From: Octopus bimaculoides
Taxonomy: Eukaryota
Assembly: GCF_001194135.2 (NCBI RefSeq)
Contig: NC_068984.1
Coordinates: forward strand, 89,389,641-89,453,640
Length of the DNA: 64,000 nucleotides
Direction: 5' to 3'
Each line of letters starts with the position of its first letter. The stretch's first letter is position 1. Position numbers and translations under genes: made by a program. Shown in pieces: positions 10,538 through 23,510 of the stretch. The notes beneath the pieces are model-generated. The model had not been told where the DNA came from. It made no database searches and saw nothing but the letters and a program-made list of their open reading frames with translations.

Positions 10538-11684
10538 CACATACACCATCAACATTACTCTCTCTGTCGCACACACCCCATCAAACATACACACTCACAC
10601 AGACACAGACATACGCACGCACATCAATTCTCCCCTCTCAATACAACTTCAAAAGAAGTTCAGTCATAAAACTGTCATTCGACGCCCACTTCAAAAGATC
10701 ACCTTCCCTTTTCACTTGTCCGGCCATTGATCGACAGATAAAACAAACCAACTCCTGTTAAATGCAAAAATCCCGCCAAAAATACACACACATACACACA
10801 CAAACGGACATTTCATGTTTTTCAGTTTCTCTATGATTATACACGCGTCGAAAACAATAGCTCATTTTAATCTTCAACAGGTATATATCAATTTCTATAA
10901 TATAAATTGTTTTTCTATAAGCGTATAACAATTACTTATTCCATACTTCACTTTTCTTAAATTGGATACGTCTGCTATTAATTCTTAATTTCCCCGTTCA
11001 TTCATACAGCTTCATTTTCTCTTAAAGCAATTCTTAACGTCAACTTCTTAACATAATACGCAGAATTCTCGCATTAATACAGTAGGGTGTTTTGAGGGAG
11101 ATTTGGTTGCTATTTCTACCGGGTTTACCTACTATGTAGAGGTTTGAACTTATTTTTCATTCACAGATTTGCATTTCAAATGTTATTCTGCCATTAACAC
11201 CAGTTGCTTTCTCTCTCACGTACACCCCACACCACCACACACGCACGTCCATTTCATATATCTTCCAATTTCTGCTCTCTGCAAATAAAATTTTTACGGA
11301 TAAAACTGCTTACAAAAATTGCGATTAATGTATAATTTCTTTCTATGTTCATAATTAAATAAATCAGAACACTGTTTAAAGCATATATCACGTGATTCAA
11401 TGAAACTAGCTGACGACTTTCAAAAAGATCAGAGGACATTCAACTCTGATATCAAAACATGTTGTCGGTCGCTGTAGAAAAAACATGTTGCCGGTCGCTG
11501 TAGGAAAATAAATAAATACTTTATTCAATTTTATAAATTTTATTCACACACACACGCACACACACACACATGAACAATAATATTTTCAATAAAAACGTCC
11601 CAACCGTATCTGATTGTACACAAACTGTGTGTGTATACTGTATATATTTATTCTATTGGTGACATAATATTGGTTTCAAATTTT

Positions 11685-11878
11685 GGTACAGGACCAGAAA
11701 TTTTTGGGGAAGGGGAAGTCGTTTACAATATTCAACTGGTACTTATTTTATCGACCCCGAAAGGATGAAAGGCAAAGTAGACCTCGGCAGAATTTGAACT
11801 CAGAACGTGAACACGGACGAAATGCCGCTCAACATTTTGCCCGGCGCGTGCTAACGATTTTGCCAGCTCACCGTCTTA
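11685..11878 (-). mobile_element. tRNA-derived SINE family 2
   Basis: Reverse complement begins GACGGTGAGCTGGCAAAATCGTTAGCAC (A box) … GTTCAAATTCTGCC (B box). Confidence 0.85.
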
Positions 11879-12020
11879 TTGCAGACTTAACATTGTCATG
11901 TAATACAACAGGGAATCAACACTTGAAAAGAAATTAGTAAGAGAAAGACAGAGAAAACGAAGATCTAATTTCAGTCAAAAACACTCAGAAACTAAATGAA
12001 AAGTTGATCGTGAGAATAAT

Positions 12021-12200
12021 TTTAATGATCAAGTTGGTGTTTACTTACCTTCTCCCATGTTTAGTCATGGGAAGCATTATGTTGCTTTAAGAAGAACAAA
12101 AAACAGGAACAATTTTAAGTTACTCATAAACAACGATGGGAAAACAGGGAAATCTTTATGAAAATCGCAGTTTTACTATCAGTATTATAATAAAAGAACT
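12021..12200 (+). mobile_element. Helitron (PIF1-like) helicase C-terminal remnant
   Basis: FNDQVGVYLPSPMFSHGKHYVALRRTKNRNNFKLLI matches conserved FDKVGIYLPEPVFSHGQLYVALSR motif. Confidence 0.7.
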
Positions 12201-14044
12201 TTTGTGTATGTAAACATATATAGTTTCACATTGTGATTTTTTCCCATGATTTTTAACCAGTGCGAGATTACATGCATATTTTTCAATTTTTTCTGAATAA
12301 AAATGCTAACGTTTCTGCCAGCTCGCCGCCTTAAGGAACCCACGAATGATATCTTATGTCAGTGGGTCTCTCAGCTCAATCGTGTTCGCCTCTTGAAGAA
12401 AAAATATCCTTCATTGCATATTTATTAGCATTAGCTGTTTAAAATCATGCTACTCTAGTGTAGCATGATTCTAAAATACATAATTTAGTACTTCAAATAG
12501 TTTTATTTTCACATGGTTAGTAAAAGCTGTAAGAAAGTAAATTGGAAGAAAGAAACAAGAAATTATAAGGGAAACGACTCTTGATTTGCAGTTTGTGATA
12601 CAAATGCTGAATTCCTTCCCTTTACCTTATAAAATTATGTAATACTATTAAAAAAAAATTCTTATCGTAACACGTTGATTTTTATGTATTACGCAATAAA
12701 AAAATTGGAAATTAATAACCGAACAGAAAGTGTTTCACCTTGTTTGGTTTATGTTTGGTTTATGTTGCTGTTGTGTAGAAAGGCCATATCTTCAAAGCAA
12801 ATCAAAAACAATTTTTCAAAAATGCGGTGAAGTTTAAAATAAAGTAATAGAAATTGGTAGATGTCTTTATAATTAAAATGCATTACCTGGTTTATGCACA
12901 TTTACTGCACTTCAGTAATTTCAATTTTATTAACTTTGTAATTTGTGTGCTGCCATATCTGCGGACGCATGGCGTCGCTTTTCACCCCACCCCACTTACA
13001 TAGGCGCGCACACGCATATGCATGCACATGCACTCACAAAAATTCTTGTTCTGTAAATAATTGTCAAATGTGAACAAAAGACTTTCTTTGCTTAGTAAAA
13101 CAACGCCAGCGAAAACTTCTAAAATGAAAAATTCATATTTGATATTGTTACTTCTTACACACAGTTAAACTTCTATAATCTGTGCGTTTTAGTTTAGTAT
13201 ACTCTTGAAATACATCTTCCTATAAAATCTAGAAAGTGTTGCCTATGGACACACGTATACAGAATTAGCAAAAATGACTGTAGCATTTTGATTATTCTTA
13301 TTCTTTAATAACAATCTCGCTCATATTTTTGTTTTGTAGATGGATTCTTAATTATTTTACTTGAAAAACTAATATCAGTTGGTGATTGTCTCCCAGCAGT
13401 TGTGCAGAGTTATGAGAACTGATATGGCCTTGAAAATATTCCTTTCAGTTTAAGTGTCAACGAGTTGGAAAAAACATTTTGAAGAAACTGGATACATTTA
13501 AGCTGGAACATGATGAAATTGCTGCTGTTAAAGAATTATTACAACGTTTAGAAAGTGATAATCCGTTGGGATATGGAAGTACGTCATCTGTTTTGCTTGA
13601 AAAGTCAATCTCACAACAAAGTATTCCAAAAATGTTGCAAAAGTTGCAAAATCAAACCAGCAGACACTCTAAAAAATTAAGCTAATAGAAAATCCAAATT
13701 TACCGAAGCCAAACTCTACAATACTGTTCATAATTAACAACGATGCTTAGAATACTTGGCGCGAGAAATAGATATTTAACGGAATGTTCACTTAAACTGC
13801 TTTGTTTCAATGAAATGCTTGATTGATTTGGCTATGTTAAGAAGTGAATTTATAAAATTTATTTAGTTTTCATTAGCCTCATATATTCCTGTATATTGTA
13901 TTACTGGTATATTTTATATATGCAACTACTGTAAATATACCGTCAATAATGATGCTAAAAATATTTATTACTATATATAAATGTACGAAAAAAATGATAA
14001 CAACAAGTGGCTAAAATTGTTGGTGGAAAAACAAGTCAATTAAT

Positions 14045-14177
14045 TTATTTAGCTGCCTTCTGGGGGTTCTTGTGAAGAAGAACTGCTTGGATGTTAGGAA
14101 GAACATTAAGCGATGGTTACTATAGACAAAAGTTTGTTCAATTCTTTGTCGTTACGGATGACCAACTGCAAGTGGCG
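14045..14177 (-). pseudogene. H2A: Histone H2A pseudogene, C-terminal half
   Basis: [42 protein letters not shown] vs H2A [40 protein letters not shown]. Confidence 0.9.
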
Positions 14178-15379
14178 GAGTGGGTTGAAAAGTTCATAGG
14201 CTGATTATGAGGGAGTGGCGCTGGAGCTGTGAAATCTTGCATGCAATAATTTCACTTCCCTTAAATAACTGCATTGTTTCTTTCCAGGTAAACTGACATC
14301 TCACTGTCCAGTGAAGACTTCAAAAGTACCCAGTAGTGACTTCTCTTGAAAATTAACAAAATTTGGCGTTGTGGTATTATCAAGTACCTGCAGTAAAAGG
14401 GTTTTTAGCCCATAAGGACATTCATGTTGACATGGTTGCTACATTAGGGGATGACGCTTCAACTTTATCAGCAGTGAAAAAGTATGCAGCTGAATTTAGG
14501 AGGGAAGGGAGAGTCTTGAAAATAACCCAAGGTCTGAATGACCTGCAACTGCCACCGCCAAGGAATACATCGATCGTGTTCACCATATGGTGATGGATGT
14601 CAGGCAATTGACTATAAATCAAATAGTCAATGCTATTAGCATATCCCATGAGAGATATGATACCTGATCAAAAGAAAATGTTAATCACATCACGAAAAGT
14701 TCTGACATAGTTTCAGGCATATCCAGCTGGTTTCCTCGAACGTTTTCTAAACGAGGATGAGTGTTGGCTTTATCATTTTGAGCCAGAGATACAGAGACAA
14801 TCCATGCAGTAGAAACACCTCTTCTCATCTGTTCCAAAGAAGGCTAAGGTCAGGGAAGGTGATGGCCGCAGTTTTTTGGGATGCAAGAGATATTGTGTTT
14901 ATTGACTATCTTGAAAAGGTCCATACCATCAATGGAGAGTACTATGCTAACTTGCTGAGGCAGTTATAAAAGGCTATCAATACGAAACGCCCCGGAAAAG
15001 TGATGAAAGGGGTCTTGTTTCATCATGACAATGCTCCAGTACACAAGTCTTTGCTTTTAATGGCTGCTGTGCATGAACTGGTTGATCACCGTCCCTATTT
15101 TCCTGATTTGGCCCCATCTGACTCATCTGTTCTCAGTATGACAAAAAACAGTTGGCTGGGAACCAATATTGCAGACGACGACGACGTCATATTTGCTGTT
15201 GATGACTTTTTTGAGCGATAGGATGAAAGCTTCTTCACTAATGGGATCCAAATTCTGCAACACGGTTGGAAGAAGTTTGAGGGGCGCAAGGGGGAATGTG
15301 TTGAAAAATAAACCACATTTGGTGACATTCCATGAGAGTATCTTGGTCAGCCTATTAACATTTCAGCCGACTCTCGTAG
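14178..15379 (+). mobile_element. Mariner (DD34D) element, decayed, with both TIRs
   Basis: Left TIR …GGTTGAAAAGTTCATAGGCTGA, right TIR rc TACGAGAGTCGGCTGAAATGTTAATAGGCTGA; motifs GKVMAAVFWDA, FHHDNAPVH, HRPYFPDLAPSD. Confidence 0.9.
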
Positions 15380-15595
15380 ATTTCTTGTATTTGGCAGCGT
15401 TTCTTGCCAATTCCAATACTTCGGCTGTCAGATATTCCGTTACAGTTATAAAATAGACTGGGACTCTGGCACAAATGCGTTCGGCATCGTTTCCCTTACG
15501 GAGAAGACAGTGGATACGACTGACATGGGAAATGAAGACCGGCACAGGATGAAGGACTTACGTTCTTTTCTTTCGTTTATCTCCTTTACAGACAT
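15378..15595 (-). pseudogene. H2A: Histone H2A pseudogene, N-terminal half
   Basis: ATGTCT start at 15595; [47 protein letters not shown] vs H2A [48 protein letters not shown]. Confidence 0.9.
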
Positions 15596-15604
15596 TATTG
15601 AAGT

Positions 15605-15787
15605 TAACAGCATGGCTGTGTGATTAAGAAGCTCGCTCTGTAACAACATAGTTTCGGGTTCAGTACCACTGCGCGACACGTTGGGCAAGTGTCTCCTACT
15701 ATTGCCCTGAGTCGAAGAGTGCCTTACGAGTGACTTTAGTAGACAGAAACCGTGGAAGCCCGTCACGCGTGTGTGCATGTGTGTGCA

Positions 15788-15821
<34 letters not shown>

Positions 15822-15935
15822 GTCTTCGTGTTCTCCACCACCACTTGACAACCGGTGCGGTGTTGTTTTGTTTACGTCCCTGTAGCTTAGTGTTTCGGCA
15901 GAAGTGGCAGATAGAATAAGTACTTAAAAATAAGA
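15605..15935 (+). mobile_element. tRNA-derived SINE family 1
   Basis: Head AGCATGGCTGTGTGATTAAG (A box) … GGTTCAGTACC (B box), internal (TG)n. Confidence 0.85.
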
Positions 15936-16314
15936 ACTGGGGGCAAGTAAAGGATAAAAGAGAAAAAGCTAAAATAAAGAAAAATACATTTGACTTTGAA
16001 TACAGATTTTCAATTGTTGCATTTGCTTTGCAGAGAATAATTTAGGAATTTCGATTTATTATTGTTTTACTTTTATGTATACAACTTTCAGCCGGGGATG
16101 AGGCCATGCTAGGGCACCACCAATTAAGACTTTATATTAAAATACACTTGCTAGAAGCAAAGACATTTTAGTTTTCCAAACTAGAGAGACTGAAATTGGT
16201 GGCTGGCTGGTTGATTAGTTATTCAGTCAGTCAGCTAGTGAGTGAGTTAGCTGGATTGCTAGCTAGCTAGATAAAGGATGACCTGAAACGGATTTACTTA
16301 ATATTTGTTAAATG

Positions 16315-16371
<57 letters not shown>

Positions 16372-16566
16372 AGTCTACCTGTCTGTCTGTCTATCTGTCT
16401 GCCTGTCTGTCTGTTTGTCTATCGATATAACCACATATACACACAACTATACACATTCCACATACACGTATATCATCTCTAACATACGAACACACATATA
16501 TACCCCCCTCTCTCTCTATTACTCACACACACACGCGCACGCACGCACGCACACACACGCACGCAC

Positions 16567-16607
<41 letters not shown>

Positions 16608-17094
16608 TACATTCATTTCTTCAGGTGCCTTTACACGAGTTAGTCAGAAGTGTAAGGGCAGGATTGCCGAGACAGTGGGGGGTGGAGAAGGAAGTAAAGG
16701 AGGAAGGTACCCTTCGATCGGAGCTCAGACTTGAATATTTGCAACAGAAGGAACACAACTAAAGATGCCCGAGAACTAGGTATTGGGGCTAAACTGGATG
16801 ACCATTTAACTCTACTAACCCAGAATAAGAACGGTCTTTCTGTAGAGCTGGCACAGTCTCGACGAAATTTCATTTACAAGGCTTTGGCCAACACAATTCT
16901 ATGACAGAAAACATTTTCTAAGGCTGTGGAATGGTAAGACCGAAACCACAAAGTACGAAAAAATGGTTTTAAGCTGCCAACCATATTTACATTCTTATTT
17001 AGAAGTATTTAGGTGCCTTTCCATTTTTAAAAAGCGGAAGAGGTGAGGAAGAATTAGCTGTCATTTCTAGCAGATTGATTGACCGCATAGAGGG

Positions 17095-17345
17095 TAGGGT
17101 GGAGTGAAAAAAAAAAAATTGTGGAAATTGAAAATGCCTGAGGGTTAAAAAGTTGTTATATTTGATTACTAGAAAAATGCTAAATTTTCGTTGAGATCAA
17201 TCCTTTACTCCCTCAAGTCACCTAAACTCCAAAAATGGAGGATTTTTGTAAATCTTTTACAATAGCGGAGTTTGTGTGTGTGTGTGATTTGAAGGAGTAA
17301 ATGCTCTTGACTAATCTAAGCGAAAATTCAGTATTTTTCTAGTCA
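17095..17345 (-). mobile_element. Foldback MITE, truncated copy
   Basis: Starts TAGGGTGGAGTGAAA; arms and spacer match the reverse complement of 17380-17698. Confidence 0.75.
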
Positions 17346-17379
17346 TGTATGTATGTGCGGGTACATAGATTGTGTAATC

Positions 17380-17698
17380 TAGGGTGGAGTGAAAATAAAA
17401 AAAATTGCAGAAAATGAAAATGTCTTAGGCTTAAAATTTTGCTATATATTATTACTAGAAAAATGTTAAATTTTCGCTTAGATCAGTCAAGGACAGTTAC
17501 TCTCTCAAACCACCTAAACTCCGCTATTGTAAAAAAATTACAAAAAATCCCCCATTTTCGGAGTTTAGGGGATTGAGGGAATAAATGCTTTGACTGATCT
17601 CAGCGAAAATTTAGCATTTTTCTAGTTATCAAATATAGCAAAATTTTAGCCCTCAGGCATTTTCAATTTCCACAATTTTTAATTTTCACTTCACCCTA
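17380..17698 (+). mobile_element. Foldback MITE (~320 bp, long imperfect inverted arms, TA flanks)
   Basis: TAGGGTGGAGTGAAA … TTTCACTTCACCCTA; arms about 140 bp around a short asymmetric spacer. Confidence 0.8.
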
Positions 17699-17964
17699 AT
17701 AGATGGTCCCCTTGTTGGTTCATTCATTAGTTAGTTAAAAGAGAAGATAGTACAAAAATGTGATGTGATAGAGAAAATCTGAGGTCAGTTTTGGAATCAG
17801 CACCCCAAAATTAGTCTAAAACAGCTCTAAGATTTTACGCCAGAAAATAAAAGTTTATTTTGTTGACCAGTGTAATCAAAGAATCTAGTCAGAATACTCT
17901 TGTCTTTTTGTGAATATATATACGGTTGAATGTCATATGAAGGAGAATTGACTGTTGTTTAAAC

Positions 17965-18300
17965 ATGTATGGCTATTGACTTATCTATGCATTCATAGCG
18001 GTAAGTATAACTTAAAAATCACTGAATCCAAGAATCATAGAGATAACTTGTCTATGTCCAAAGTGAGACTGGAAGCAAAGAACACTTAGTACTTCTATTG
18101 CAGAACAATCTGAACTGAGGAGTTAGTCAAAGTCCTTTTACTGAGGCGTCAGAATACATGACAGCAGTGAAGTTCCAACCAGCTGATCATATTTGTATGA
18201 CTAATCAGTATAATAGTTAGTGACAGTTGTGAGATATTTTGGAGTGGAGTGAAACAATCTACATTTAAACTTTTGCATAGATAAGTCAATAGCCATACAT
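17965..18300. mobile_element. Candidate MITE bounded by a perfect 27-bp inverted repeat
   Basis: ATGTATGGCTATTGACTTATCTATGCA (17965-17991) and its exact reverse complement (18274-18300); no clear TSD. Confidence 0.5.
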
Positions 18301-18654
18301 TAATAGCAAAATATTAATAGCAGCCTATTTTAGTAAAGCTCCCTTCTACGATCATTATATCAATGCTGGAGGGAGAAAGAGGACCCCAGGATTTGGTTAT
18401 GTCTTCTACACTCTTTGTTTTGTATATGAATGACCTTTTCGGTGTGACACAGACACTGCCATGCAGATGACACCACACTTTGCTCCACATCCAATATAAG
18501 CATCTCATGCCAGATTTACACGGACTCCACGAATGTAAACCTGAGAGCATCCTATGGTGTGGACATGATCACTTTGTTACACTCGACATCACAGAGTCTC
18601 AGTCACGTGCATACCATATCAACAGCTTTGGAACCTCATTCTCTTTAGTGTTAC

Positions 18655-18730
<76 letters not shown>

Positions 18731-18901
18731 GTCTGTCTGCCTGCCTGCCTGTCTGTCTTGATTATGTGTCTCTCTGACTGTCTGACGGTCTGTCTGTCTC
18801 GCTCTCACGCTATATGTACACGCACACATATACACGCGCACACGCACGCACACACACGCACACGCACACACACGCACACACATGATTGACTCGTATGTAT
18901 G

Positions 18902-19145
18902 TATGAGGTTGGTGCATAATTATTGCGGCTTTTTTTTTAATAAATTTTATTTAACAAAAACAATAACAACATTTAACAAAATGATTATTCCGGAGCATAT
19001 TCACCATCTACTTTAATTATTGCTTCCCATTTGCTTGGCAGTCGGTCGGAATAATCATTTAAAGATGTTTTTGTTAAATGTTGCTATTGTTTTGTTGAAT
19101 AAAATTTATTGAAAAAAGCCGCAATAATTGTGCACCAGCCTAATA
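18902..19145. mobile_element. Mariner-derived MITE
   Basis: TAT(G/T)AGG(T/C)TGGTGCA(T/C)AATTATTGCGGC TIRs; minus-strand spacer encodes RLPSKWEAIIKVDGEYAPE* (mariner C-terminus). Confidence 0.85.
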
Positions 19146-21274
19146 TGTATGTATGTATATACATATATGTATATATTTCAGTATATTTGCAAGTATTACC
19201 GAGAAAAAATTATCAACATAACCGTAAAAATTTCTCACGACACAGAAACCTGAAAACCCCCTCCCACAAAGCAACTTTAGCCATGTGTATGCATCATAGT
19301 AAAATATAACAGGTCTTTCGTCAGTAACTACGAGTGCTCCAGTTGATCCGATCAACAGAACAGCTTTCTCATGAAAGGGAGAAAATAGAAATAGAGAGAA
19401 ACGCATAGCTGAACCATGTGTCCAATATTTGGAAGATTTTTATATGCTATAATTCAGATAAGGTTATAATAGAATTCTTTATTTTTATGCTAGTTCACAT
19501 TCTCGTTGTGACATCCAGAAAGGCTAGAAACTAAGGCCATATCTAAATATTTCAGTTAGAGAGTGGTAAACAAACTGGGCAGAAATACTTGTCGGAGAAA
19601 TTTACGAGTAATCATTAGAAATGTGTGGTTTTAGTAGAATATGCATCACAATGTAGCACGATGAAAGTTGCACACATGACAACCAGTTTCCTACATCAAG
19701 ATATAATTGAAATATAGCTAAAATACCACTCAATAATAGAAACCTAGCAACTTATGTTAAGATATGACACCAAATGAGGATTCTATAAAGTCAAGTGTTC
19801 TGCCAGAATGTGAAATATGTTATGTGGTTTTAGGTAGGATAGCAAAGTAAACTGTATCCTAGACAAATTGTGCTTTAGTATTTCTTGACACTTTACACTT
19901 TAAAGTGAAACCACACGGCCATACAACTGGATCAATTTATTATGGCACTTCTTTTTGATTAACGTTAAAAGACTGATATTCTATCAAGTCTACCAACTGA
20001 GGATCTTTACCATAAAAACAGTTTCAGCATTCACGAATTTTTAAAATTGTGTATTTAAGGATACAGCGAACAATTTTTAAAAAAATTTTATTTTTATAAA
20101 ATCCAAATCCTGACTCGAGAAACGTCAAGTGCAAACTGAGGTTTATGCCTGGCTTTTCTCAAAAGATATTGAATAGGTAGTGATTCGCAATCAAAGATTT
20201 ATGTCTATATGTCTACACAAAGAAGGCAAAATGTCTGTTAAACTCCGTAAAAATATCCTTAGTTTTTTAACACAGTCACCACCAGGACCCCCCCCCCCCA
20301 AAAAAAAAACATATAAACATATAAAAAAGAATTACTGGCAGCATTGAAATAAAATATGACTATTAGAATGTGTGACACAATATAATACAAATTCATACTT
20401 TTATCCATATTATTAAAATATGACTCAAACACTAATCAACTGAGAAAACTAAGCAATCCGTGTTCAAACATTAGGATGATGTGAAATGAAGAAGCAATCC
20501 ATGAAAAGGATAAGTATCAACTACTGTGATTTTGTGTATGACAACAAAATAAAATATATTTAAGAATATTGTACTTAGTATTTGGCGGTATTATATTCTT
20601 TGAAATATACCCATGTGATCGTATTACTTCATCAATTCGACACTAGAATTGATTTTGGTTAACCATGAAAATGATTTGTATAGGATCCTACCTACAAAAT
20701 CAGAGTCTCAATAGTCTCCATTTTTTATCTTATACTCAATAAACAGCAAATACTTTCCAAGATTTATGCACATGTTTTTCTGTGACTTTAAAGTGAAACT
20801 GGAAATAAACCAGCCTCAAACCCTACTGAATTTCATAAATATATGAGAAAGGATCAATCTGTTGAAGCTGTGACAATTGAATCGAATTATTTTGTAGTGT
20901 TTTAGTCTTACTGGATGTCACAACCGAAATATGTGATTTGAGTGGATGGGACTAAGCTATCTAATAGGAGAATCAAGAGAATCAGATAACAGAAAAATGT
21001 CCCAATAAACATATGACATTGATGATCGTGATACAGGTCCCACACCTTTGCGTTTGACATGCATAAATCTAAAAATACTGTGAAGGAAGATAAAATAATG
21101 TTCAACAGGCGCGAAAAAAAAAAAATTCACCACATATTAATTACACGATCCGGCTTGAGTGTACATACATACATACATACATACATACATACATACATAC
21201 ACGCGACACTCCTTTAAATACTGCTGCAATTATTTTTATCAGACACTAAATTCCTGATTACATAAAGAAGACAA

Positions 21275-21309
<35 letters not shown>

Positions 21310-21580
21310 ATATATATTGGTGAATAGGGTAATTATTCTTATTAAACGCATTCCATATTAGTGAGCAAATCTTTTTAGATATTTTACACTAATTTTAGAG
21401 GGATTGATAGTATGGATAATTTCCTTATGAGATAAATAAAATAAATGCAAGTGCAATATATAGGACTAAACGTAAATATTTAAAATTATGCAGAAACAGG
21501 AAGCACTTACGCAGACTTAAATGACCACGTATACACGTATAGACAGTGTGAGATACTCATATGTGTACACGTATATAATA

Positions 21581-21613
<33 letters not shown>

Positions 21614-21725
21614 GTGTCTGTGTGTGTGTGCATATATATATATATNNNNNNNNNNNNNNNNNNNNNNNNNNNNNNNNNNNNNNNNNNNNNNNNNNNNNNN
21701 NNNNNNNNNNNNNNNNNNNNTATAT

Positions 21726-21802
<77 letters not shown>

Positions 21803-21814
21803 GGTAGATAGATA

Positions 21815-23320
21815 ATGTTTTCGGCATCGTTCCAACCTCTTCCTCAAATCTTTAAATGACTACATGGCAAAAATTAAGCAATCTTCAAATGTATTTTTGC
21901 AGACAATACAAAAATATTTTTGAAACAAACATTTCCATTCACATAAGATTCTTCACAAACACGATCTCCAAGACATACAAGGAAACTAGCACCTCCACAT
22001 ACAATGAAATAAATGCAGAATCAAAGGAGTTAGCCGTCCTTAATGTATAAGATCCCGTGGACCGTCTCGCAACACGACCCCCATCATGTTAGATTTAAGG
22101 AGCATCAGCCCAATTTCCTCTCTAACTGCAAATGCAGGTTGATCAACCCTCTAAAAGCGAGATACACATTTTATGTAAGCGCATTCTTGATACCATCAAC
22201 TTAGATATTAAAAGGGCTAGGATTGATTCAATAGGATTACAGCACAGCTGTGACCGGCTGGTTCTGCGGTATGAAGAATAAATCAACCGGCAAATTCACA
22301 CAGTTTGACATTGTGGACTCCTCCCCTTCTACATCGAAACCTCTTCTCCAGAGACCCTGGATTTCGCTAGGCAATCCATTAGTACATGCAACTTCGATGT
22401 CAGAATCTTCATGAACGACAGAAAATCAATCCTGGTTCATGACAATTTCTTCTTGGAGAAGAAAAAAGGCGATCCACTGTTTAACGTTTTTTCGGGAGCA
22501 CCGATAGGGCTGAGATCGTCAACATTGTCGAGTTATTTATTTTTGATAGCCTCAAGAAACGTGCACGCCCCTTACATGGACGACGGCCTGGCACTCTCAN
22601 NNNNNNNNNNNNNNNNNNNNNNNNNNNNNNNNNNNNNNNNNNNNNNNNNNNNNNNNNNNNNNNNNNNNNNNNNNNNNNNNNNNNNNNNNNNNNNNNNNNN
22701 NNNNNNNNNNNNNNNNNNNNNNNNNNNNNNNNNNNNNNNNNNNNNNNNNNNNNNNNNNNTGATAAAAATATTCATAGTATTCAGCCTGTCCATGGCAGTT
22801 ACTACCAACTTGACTACGACCGACTTCCTAGACGTGACCCTAGATCTGAAAACGCGCAAGTACTACCCTTACAAGAAGCTCAATAAGAAAACGGTGTACA
22901 TCAACAGAAGCTCGAATCACCTACTCGCTGTAATTAGAAATTTTAGTTTAGGCATTTGTAGAAAAATATCTATATTTTAAGCCGATTGGAAGATCTTCCA
23001 CAAGGCCGTGCCTAACCCCATTGCAATGACGCATTGGCAAGGAGTCGTTTTTCTGAGAAGTTAGCATATATGAAGGACCCCAAACCTTCACCTCGAACCC
23101 GAAGAGGAGCAGAAAGAGAAAGATAATCGGGTTCAACCTTCCATTTAATCTAGAATTTTTCACCAACGTAGCGAGGAGCTTCCTGCCGTTGATTAAGAAG
23201 CATTTCGTAAGGGGCCATAAGTACTATCAGCTTTTAAACCAAAGGTGAAAACATCAAGGTGAGCTACTCCTGCTTAGGCAACATTGTTTCTAACATTGCA
23301 GGTTACAACAGATGCAAACA
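21815..23320 (+). mobile_element. Penelope-like element reverse transcriptase, decayed (gap 22600-22759)
   Basis: Remnants of KEHQPNF..CKCRLINP, KFTQFDIVD, YMDDGLA, DFLDVTLDL..RKYYPY.K.N..YINRSSNH; no GIY-YIG seen. Confidence 0.8.
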
Positions 23321-23344
23321 TGCTTCCGCACAATCTCCAATCCC

Positions 23345-23510
23345 ATTATTATTATTGAGTGAGAGAGCAGTGTATGCCATCAAAGTGACTCTGTGGTAAA
23401 ATATACGAAGCCCAGTAATATCCATCATGACTACCCGTCAGATAAGGGTACACTAGGAGGCATATGCATCACAACCGTATGTGCGCGACGTGGTGATCTC
23501 ATCCCAATTA
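23345..23510 (-). repeat. 3' part of the (AAT)n-tailed ~570-bp repeat
   Basis: Reverse complement matches 25690-25845. Confidence 0.8.

Noticed and set aside
19840-20700. Possible pogo/Tigger DDE remnants (HTAIQLDQFI; LLHQFDTRI)
   Set aside because: Matches too short and decayed to support a call
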